In this document: positions 55,938 through 64,000 of the stretch, one piece after another
How the letters are laid out: every line of letters starts with the position of its first letter
Numbering within the stretch: the first letter of the stretch is position 1
IMG/VR virus record: IMGVR_UViG_2721755486_000003
Strand: one strand, 5' to 3'
From: a virus
Taxonomy: Duplodnaviria > Caudoviricetes
DNA: 64,000 bases
Notes under the pieces: model-generated
Database searches by the model: none
Told to the model about the DNA's origin: nothing
What the model saw: only the letters and a program-made list of their open reading frames with translations
Position numbers and translations under genes: made by a program

Positions 55938-56864
55938 ATGTTCACCTGGTTCCGCAACCTCTCCCTGCTTCGCCTGTCTCGCTTCCCTCATTCCGCCGCG
56001 GACGTCGCCGCCGCGCTGGCGCGATTCGCCTTCCTCCCGTGCGGCGCCTTCGATCTGGCATCGAGCGGCTGGGCCCCGCCGCTCGATGGCGGCGGCCTCG
56101 TCCGCGCCTGCAATGGCCAACTCCTGATCGCCCTGCGCACGGATCAGAAGATCCTGCCGGCGCGGGTCGTGAACGCAGCCACGAAGGCGCGCGCCGCCCA
56201 GGTCGAGCAACAGCAGGGGTTCAAGCCTGGCCGCAAGCAGTTGAGAGAGCTGAAGGAACAGATCGTCGAGGAGCTGCTCAGCAAGGCGTTCGTCTCCAGC
56301 GCCTACACCCGCGTCTGGATTGATCCGGTCAACGGCTGGCTGGCAATCGACGCCAGTAGCGCCAGCAAGACAGAGGATGTGCGCGGGATGCTGTTCAAGT
56401 CGTTGGACCCGCTGCCGGCCATGATGCTGCAGGTCAACCACTCGCCCGTGGCGGCCATGACCGAATGGCTCGCCACCGACACCGCGCCGGCCGGCTTCAC
56501 CATCGACCAGGAGCTGACGTTGGAATCGAGAAGCGAGCGTCGGGCGACCATTCGTTACGCCCGCCACCCACTCGACGTCGCCGACATGGGCCGCCACATC
56601 GCCGCCGGCAAGCGCTGCACCCGCCTTGCAATGACCTGGGACGACCGTGTCTCCTTCGTCCTGACCGACGCCCTGACCATCAAGCGGATGGCGCCCCTGG
56701 ACGTCATCAAAGAGCAGGCCGACGCCACGCTGACCGGCGAGGGAGAGCGGTTCGATGCTGACTTCCTGATGATGTCCGCCGAGTTGGCGACGCTGCTCAG
56801 GGATCTGACGGATGCCCTCGGAGGCGAACGCAAACCCGAAGAAGATATGAGGGAGGCGGCATGA
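55938..56864 (+). CDS. rdgC: Recombination-associated protein RdgC
   Basis: [41 protein letters not shown]. Confidence 0.92.
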   Translation: MFTWFRNLSLLRLSRFPHSAADVAAALARFAFLPCGAFDLASSGWAPPLDGGGLVRACNGQLLIALRTDQKILPARVVNAATKARAAQVEQQQGFKPGRKQLRELKEQIVEELLSKAFVSSAYTRVWIDPVNGWLAIDASSASKTEDVRGMLFKSLDPLPAMMLQVNHSPVAAMTEWLATDTAPAGFTIDQELTLESRSERRATIRYARHPLDVADMGRHIAAGKRCTRLAMTWDDRVSFVLTDALTIKRMAPLDVIKEQADATLTGEGERFDADFLMMSAELATLLRDLTDALGGERKPEEDMREAA

Positions 56865-57346
56865 CGGAACAACGTGAGCACGAGGCGCTGACGACGGCGG
56901 AAGATGTCGCTGCATTCATCGAGCGCGAGGCGGAACCCGCAGCGCTGCCGGCGGCCGATGGCTACGGCGATACCGAATTCGGCTACACCTTCGTTGGCAT
57001 CGATTTGGAAGAAGGCGACAAGCGGTTGATGGCGATGTTGGTGCGCGCCCTTGGCACCGATCATCCGGCCATTGATGACATGACGGCACTGTTGTTCCGT
57101 TCGCGTGCCCTCGCCCTCTCCCCCGACAGCGCGGCGGCGCGTGATGGTGAGCAGCAGTACCGACTGCTTACCCATGCTGACGTGATCGAGGACGGAGACG
57201 AGTGGCTCCAGACGGATGCACGCACTTGGCGCACCGACGTGAACGGGATTTGGGTCGGGCGGAACTATATCCCCGGCGCGCTCATGCCTGCTCGCCGGCG
57301 CACCGACGCAGCCCTGGCTGCCCAGCGCGAAGGAGGTGCGGCATGA
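56861..57346 (+). CDS. Hypothetical protein (cassette 1)
   Basis: Coupled; ends AQREGGAA. Confidence 0.7.
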   Translation: MTEQREHEALTTAEDVAAFIEREAEPAALPAADGYGDTEFGYTFVGIDLEEGDKRLMAMLVRALGTDHPAIDDMTALLFRSRALALSPDSAAARDGEQQYRLLTHADVIEDGDEWLQTDARTWRTDVNGIWVGRNYIPGALMPARRRTDAALAAQREGGAA

Positions 57347-57594
57347 CGAAACAGGACTACGTGATTCTGGTATCGCCGTCAGAGCCTCGCGGATGCCTCG
57401 GCCTGAACAGCGACGAAGATGATGCCGGGCAGAGCGCTTTACCTCCCCGGACAGGCGACATTGCTAGTGCTCTGCATTTTGGGAAGTTCTCCGACGCCAG
57501 GCGTGCAGTGCGGGAAGCTGCGAAGCGTTACCCCAGCTATTCGTTCCGGATCGACGTGGCTCCGGCTGCCCAGCGCGAAGGAGGTGCGGCATGA
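57343..57594 (+). CDS. Hypothetical protein (cassette 2)
   Basis: [10 protein letters not shown]...; ends AQREGGAA. Confidence 0.65.
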   Translation: MTKQDYVILVSPSEPRGCLGLNSDEDDAGQSALPPRTGDIASALHFGKFSDARRAVREAAKRYPSYSFRIDVAPAAQREGGAA

Positions 57595-57809
57595 ACTCCA
57601 TCGATCATGCCAAGTGGGAAGTTCAGGAAGCGCTCGATCATGCCGCATCTGCTCTTGTGCGGGCTGAGGACGCTCAGCGGCGTCTCAACCGAGATGACCT
57701 AAATCGCTGTATCGAGCACCTCGCTCGGATGAAGGAGCAGGCCGAATGGGCGGTGACGAAGGCGCAATGGGCGATCGACAGGATCAAGAAGATACAGGAG
57801 GCGTCGTGA
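57591..57809 (+). CDS. Hypothetical helical protein
   Basis: Coupled ORF. Confidence 0.65.
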   Translation: MNSIDHAKWEVQEALDHAASALVRAEDAQRRLNRDDLNRCIEHLARMKEQAEWAVTKAQWAIDRIKKIQEAS

Positions 57810-57997
57810 TGCGGTGCGCGAATTCGCAACCTGGATGGTTCAACGGTGAGTGCGGCAGGCCAGCGGCTTGGATAGGTGCTCATGAGTCCGGGCACCGCCA
57901 GTACTTCTGTCACCTATGCAAAGACGATGGGTATGAAGCAGCATCTGTCGTGGAGTGGCTGCCGTTGGTAGCCCAGCACGAGGGAGGTGCGGCATGA
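57809..57997 (+). CDS. Small Cys-rich protein
   Basis: C...ECGRPA...FCHLC; ends AQHEGGAA. Confidence 0.65.
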   Translation: MRCANSQPGWFNGECGRPAAWIGAHESGHRQYFCHLCKDDGYEAASVVEWLPLVAQHEGGAA

Positions 57998-58143
57998 TCG
58001 CGCGATTCATCGATTGGCTGTACTGGCGCACGGTGCCAACCGAATGGCTTTACCGCGATGCGATGTTCTCCAACTCAGACGGCGAGCCGATCAACGCTTC
58101 TGGCCGCGAGCTTTGCCGTCGTCTGCGCGAGGGAGGTGCGTGA
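57994..58143 (+). CDS. Small hypothetical protein
   Basis: Coupled; ends REGGA. Confidence 0.55.
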   Translation: MIARFIDWLYWRTVPTEWLYRDAMFSNSDGEPINASGRELCRRLREGGA

Positions 58144-58382
58144 TGGCCAAGTTCAATGTGGGTGACAAGGTGCGCGCCAAGATCGACCTGATTGACGACC
58201 TGCGCGAGGACGGCCTTGGGTGCTACATCTGCGCGAAGGCCGGCGAAACGCTGGTGGTGCGCGGCATGAGCGAGTACTTCCCGGAACGCTACAAGGTATC
58301 GCACGAGCACATCACGGACCGTTACTTCTTCGCGGATCTGGCTGAGCTTGAGGGTGTCCAGCACGAAGGGAGCGCGGCATGA
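58143..58382 (+). CDS. Small SH3-like protein
   Basis: KFNVGDKVRAK; ends QHEGSAA. Confidence 0.65.
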   Translation: MAKFNVGDKVRAKIDLIDDLREDGLGCYICAKAGETLVVRGMSEYFPERYKVSHEHITDRYFFADLAELEGVQHEGSAA

Positions 58383-59035
58383 CAACCATGAAGGCCTACG
58401 AGGTCTACGACGGCGGCGACAACTGGGTGATTGTCTTCGCCACCAATTCCGCCACCGCGCGCCGTGAAGGCGCAGGCGAAATTGGCTGCGAGTGGGAGAA
58501 CATCGACCATTGCCGCCGCAAACCCGAACTTGACCGGCATGCACCTGGCCCAGTGCCGCCGCTCGCGCTGATCGCGGCCGGCTGGCACTACGAGTGCGGT
58601 CACTGTGGCTGCCGCGTCGACGAGGACATGGAGAATGTCGAGCCGGACCCGCACTTTGACGCATCGGAACTCGGTCCGGTGGCCGTGGGCCAGATGGTCT
58701 ACTGCAGCGTCTCGTGCGCGGCAATGGAGCGAGCTGAGAGGCGATCGCGCGAGACGGCAGAGTCTGCGCTGATCGAGCTTGTGGAGACCAAGTATCCGGG
58801 TAGCAAGGTTACCCACGTCAACGTCTTCGGCCACCAGCTGGAGGCCAAGGGCGGCTACTGTCGCGCCTACTTCACCTTCCCTGGTGGGGTGCACCACGCC
58901 ACCTACAAGTATGGCGAGAGCGATGCCGCGTGGGTATCCCAGTGCGATGCCGAAGCCTTCCGTCAACTCTACCGCCGCCCCCAAGACGAGGCAGCCAGTC
59001 AAGCCGCCGCCCAGCAAGAACGAGGTGCAGCATGA
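58379..59035 (+). CDS. Conserved phage protein with Cys motifs
   Basis: IVFA....ARR.GA, GW.YECGHC, YCSVSC; ends AQQERGAA. Confidence 0.75.
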   Translation: MTTMKAYEVYDGGDNWVIVFATNSATARREGAGEIGCEWENIDHCRRKPELDRHAPGPVPPLALIAAGWHYECGHCGCRVDEDMENVEPDPHFDASELGPVAVGQMVYCSVSCAAMERAERRSRETAESALIELVETKYPGSKVTHVNVFGHQLEAKGGYCRAYFTFPGGVHHATYKYGESDAAWVSQCDAEAFRQLYRRPQDEAASQAAAQQERGAA

Positions 59036-60645
59036 TCCGCGACCAGTTCCTGCTGGACATCGCCCCCGAGCTGATCGTCGACAACTTCGCCGGCGGCGGT
59101 GGCGCTAGCTGCGGCATCGAGTTGGCCCTCGGCCGGCACGTCGACATCGCCATCAACCACGACCCCGAGGCCGTGGCCATGCACGCCATGAACCATCCGC
59201 AGACCGAGCACCACTGCGAGAGCGTGTGGGATGTGGACCCGATCAAGGTCACGCGCGGCCGGCCGGTGGGCCTGGCCTGGTTCAGCCCCGACTGCAAGCA
59301 CTTCAGCAAGGCCAAGGGTGGCAAGCCACGCGACAAGAACATCCGCGGGCTGGCCTGGGTGGCGATGCGCTGGGCGGCGCTGGTGCGCCCGCGCGTTATC
59401 CTGCTGGAGAACGTCGAGGAATTCCAGACCTGGGGGCCGCTGCTGGCTGATGGCTCGCCCTGCTCCGCGCGCAAGGGCAAGACCTTCCGCAGCTTCGTGC
59501 ACCAGCTGCAGGAGAAGGGCTATGCGGTCGAATGGCGCGAGCTGCGCGCGTGCGACTACGGCGCGCCCACCATCCGCAAGCGCCTGTTCCTCGTCGCGCG
59601 CTGCGACGGCAGGCCCGTTGTCTGGCCCGAGCAAAGCCACGGCGCTCCAAGCAGCCCGGCGGTCAAGGCTGGCAAGCGCTCGGCCTGGCGGACGGCGGCC
59701 GAGTGCATTGACTGGTCCATCCCCTGCCCGTCGATCTTCGAACGCGCCCGCCCCCTCGCCGAGGCCACGCAGCGCCGGATCGCGCGCGGCCTGCGCCGCT
59801 ACGTTATCGATTCGGCCAAGCCGTTCGCCGTCCGATTGCCTGAAAGCATCGAGGCGCCCTTCATCACGGAATGCGCAAACGCATCAACGCAGCGCACGTT
59901 CCATGCCGACGAGCCTCTGCGCACCCAATGCGCTGAGGTCAAGGGCGGTCACTTCGCCCTGGCTGCAGCCACCTTGGTGCAGACCGGCTACGGCGAGCGC
60001 GCCGGCCAGGCGCCCCGCGCGCCCGGGCTCGACAAGCCGCTCGGTACTGTCGTAGCAGGCGGCGCTAAGCACGCGCTCGTGTCCGCCTTTCTGGCCAAGC
60101 ACTACGGCGGCAACTACACCGGCCCCGGCGTGTCCCTGGGCGCCCCGGTCGACACCATCACGACCACCGACCACCACGCCCTGGTCACGTCGAACCTCAT
60201 GGTGAACACGACCGGCCACTCTGGCGGCGCCACAACGGCACCTGTCCCCACGCTGACGACCGGCAACCATGTGGCCGAGGTCCGCGCCTTCCTAGTGAAG
60301 TACTACAGCGAGGGAGGCCAGGACCAGGACTGCCGCGACCCGATGCACACCATCCCCACCAAGGACCGCATCGGCCTGGTGACGGTGGCCGGCGAGGAAT
60401 ACCAGATCGCCGACATCGGCATGCGCATGCTGGAGCCGCACGAGCTGTACGCGGCCCAGGGCTTCCCGGCCAGCTATGTCATCGCGCCCGTGATCGACGG
60501 GCGCCGGCTGCCGAAGCATGCCCAGGTTCGCATGTGCGGGAACAGCGTCAGCCCGCCGATGGCGGCCGCGCTGGTGCGCGCCAACGTGCCCGAGCTGGCC
60601 AGCTGGTCGGCGCGCGAGGCGAAGGAACGGAGGATCGCGGCGTGA
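59032..60645 (+). CDS. DNA cytosine-C5 methyltransferase
   Basis: DNFAGGGG, SPDCKHFS, LENV, RKRLF, AQGFP, CGNSV. Confidence 0.93.
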   Translation: MIRDQFLLDIAPELIVDNFAGGGGASCGIELALGRHVDIAINHDPEAVAMHAMNHPQTEHHCESVWDVDPIKVTRGRPVGLAWFSPDCKHFSKAKGGKPRDKNIRGLAWVAMRWAALVRPRVILLENVEEFQTWGPLLADGSPCSARKGKTFRSFVHQLQEKGYAVEWRELRACDYGAPTIRKRLFLVARCDGRPVVWPEQSHGAPSSPAVKAGKRSAWRTAAECIDWSIPCPSIFERARPLAEATQRRIARGLRRYVIDSAKPFAVRLPESIEAPFITECANASTQRTFHADEPLRTQCAEVKGGHFALAAATLVQTGYGERAGQAPRAPGLDKPLGTVVAGGAKHALVSAFLAKHYGGNYTGPGVSLGAPVDTITTTDHHALVTSNLMVNTTGHSGGATTAPVPTLTTGNHVAEVRAFLVKYYSEGGQDQDCRDPMHTIPTKDRIGLVTVAGEEYQIADIGMRMLEPHELYAAQGFPASYVIAPVIDGRRLPKHAQVRMCGNSVSPPMAAALVRANVPELASWSAREAKERRIAA

Positions 60646-60647
60646 AA

Positions 60648-60887
60648 CTACTCACTACGCGGTATAGGCGCGACATCGTAGAGCGACGCTACGTGCTCAT
60701 GCACGGCAGACACTGCCGCAGTCGTGTCGAGATCCTTGGGGGCCCAGTCGTAGCCTGTCGCCTCAGCAGCATTCGCCCCAATTGGCATCAGAAAGATATG
60801 GAGACCAGGCTTGTATCCGTAGTGACTCGGGAGGCGGCTGTTCATCTCCGCGATGAACTCCTCCACAGAAAGCTTCTGCTTCGCCAT
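60648..60887 (-). CDS. Hypothetical protein (antisense moron)
   Basis: GAGGA RBS; lower GC. Confidence 0.65.
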   Translation of the reverse strand: MAKQKLSVEEFIAEMNSRLPSHYGYKPGLHIFLMPIGANAAEATGYDWAPKDLDTTAAVSAVHEHVASLYDVAPIPRSE

Positions 60888-60923
60888 GCTGTTGTCCTCG
60901 CAAATGAGCAAAGCGTAGTGGCG

Positions 60924-61205
60924 TCAATCGAGCCGATCGATACCACTTCCGCAGGGATCGTAGTCATCGAACAGCCACGGATAGTCGTCCTTGGTGACTT
61001 CGCCATTCGCAATCATTTGACGAATGTCGGCCTCGGCCTCCTCCATTTCCTCCTGCAAGGTAGGTCTGCCCTTCGCAATCCTGACGGCGTCTATCGCGTC
61101 CATTTGGCTGCGCAACTTCGCGCCGATCGCGGCGATTTGGAGGGCGGCCGCAGTGCCCAGCTCTTCTTCGAGCTTCTTGTCAAAGAACTTGCTCATGGTC
61201 GCCAT
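60924..61205 (-). CDS. Acidic hypothetical protein (antisense moron)
   Basis: ORF MATMSKFFDKKLEEEL...; lower GC. Confidence 0.6.
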   Translation of the reverse strand: MATMSKFFDKKLEEELGTAAALQIAAIGAKLRSQMDAIDAVRIAKGRPTLQEEMEEAEADIRQMIANGEVTKDDYPWLFDDYDPCGSGIDRLD

Positions 61206-61307
61206 ATCGGCACCGGCTAGCAAAGATGTAGGGCATTCAGGCAATACAGGAAAACGCAGAACGCATCGTCGAATTGACCCGCCAGGCATGGCGGATTGGA
61301 GTGAAAT

Positions 61308-61532
61308 ATGCAGTCGCTCACCCTCACCGTTGACGAGATCGTGGAGGCCACTGGCTACCGCCGCGCCGCCGAGCAGCTTGCCGTGCTACTCAAGGCCGGC
61401 GTTCCCGCCGACCGCCGCCCGGATGGTAGCGTGCGCGTCTGGCGCCACCACATGATGGGCATCGGCGCGCCCAAACAAGCGAAGGCTCCACGTCGAAAGC
61501 CCGAACTCGCCTCTGACAGGAAAGCAGCATGA
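61308..61532 (+). CDS. Excisionase-like protein (DUF4224-like)
   Basis: LT.DEI.EATGYRR...Q...L...G....RPDG. Confidence 0.8.
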   Translation: MQSLTLTVDEIVEATGYRRAAEQLAVLLKAGVPADRRPDGSVRVWRHHMMGIGAPKQAKAPRRKPELASDRKAA

Positions 61533-62109
61533 TTGGTCGCCGCAAGAAGGCCTCCCCTTTACCCTCGCGGGTCTATGAGAAGAACGGCGCCTGGTACTTC
61601 GTCGACATCCGGCGGAAGTGGCACAAGCTCTGCCGCGTCAGCGAAGGCCTCACGGCCCTATACACCGCCCTGGCCAATTTCAGCCGGGACGCGGACGATC
61701 GCCCCACCGACACGATGCCTGCACTGATCGACGCGTGGTTGCTTGCGAGGCTGTCGAAATACTCACCAAAGACGCAGGAGGAGTACCGGCGCATGGCGAC
61801 GTTCATTAAGGCAGAGTTCGACGGGCAATGGCGCGTCGAGGACGTTGAGCCGAAGGACGTGGCACGCTTTCTCGACAAGCACTTCGAGGCGAAGCCGAAC
61901 GCCAGCAACAAGTACCGCGCGCTGCTGTCGGTCATGTTCACCTTCGCGGTACGCAAGGGTCTGCGCAACGCCAACCCGGTGAGTGAGGTGGCCGGTGCCA
62001 CCGAGAAGAAGCGTGACCGCTACATCACCGACGCCGAGTTGGACGCCGTGCGCGCTGCAGCTCTGGTTGGCAATGACGACAAGCCGACGCCATCCGGGCG
62101 CGCCATCGT
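61529..62109 (+). pseudogene. int: Tyrosine integrase of prophage 2, 5' part, interrupted by IS21
   Basis: LPSRVY..W.KLCRV.EG homologous to Int1; similarity stops at the IS end, before catalytic residues. Confidence 0.88.
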
Positions 62110-62201
62110 TGTTGGGCGCAAAGTAATAATGAGCCACTTCGCGCGAAGTAAATCTGAGCCACCTTTCAGTACAGTCAGCCTTTTGCGCGCAAAGGCTGGC
62201 G

Positions 62202-64000
<1,799 letters not shown>

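Larger units (their letters stand above)
57305..59035 (+). repeat. Dispersed gene-junction repeat GCCCAGCRCGARGGAGGTGCGGCATGA
   Basis: Copies ending at 57346, 57594, 57997, 58143 (partial), 58382, 59035; also 15596. Confidence 0.85.

Noticed and set aside
57305-59035. CRISPR array
   Set aside because: Intervals are 150-650 bp coding genes of unequal length; repeats are not palindromic; no cas genes

Overview
GC-rich betaproteobacterial DNA, probably Burkholderiaceae (Cupriavidus/Ralstonia-like; inferred from gene content). The window is almost entirely two related lambdoid prophages in tandem and in the same orientation. Prophage 1 (1-~21120) shows only its early half: replication/RusA, cro-cI switch, recombination genes, two DNA methyltransferases, and xis-int. 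It ends at a 3' fragment of tRNA-Pro(GGG) (21122-21166) that acts as the att junction. Prophage 2 (~21167 to beyond 64000) is a near-complete HK97-type siphovirus: accessory end, lysis, head-spike and tail, head and packaging, Q, replication, cro-cI, RdgC, C5-methyltransferase and xis. Its integrase is interrupted by an IS21-family element from 62110. The strongest candidates for undescribed biology are five. (1) An ORF-poor 0.9-kb run of six same-strand intrinsic terminators that looks like a small-RNA array. (2) An array of small genes joined by a conserved ~27-bp junction encoding AQREGGAA*, with a further copy in prophage 1. (3) Antisense accessory genes spanned by translationally coupled 'bridge' ORFs. 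(4) A split RcGTA-like head-spike fibre with a -1 slippery site, whose missing strand motif recurs in tail proteins. (5) A type-I-toxin-like peptide, an SOS-box-controlled accessory operon and an ADP-ribosyltransferase-like moron. All family assignments come from motif recognition by eye; no searches were run.
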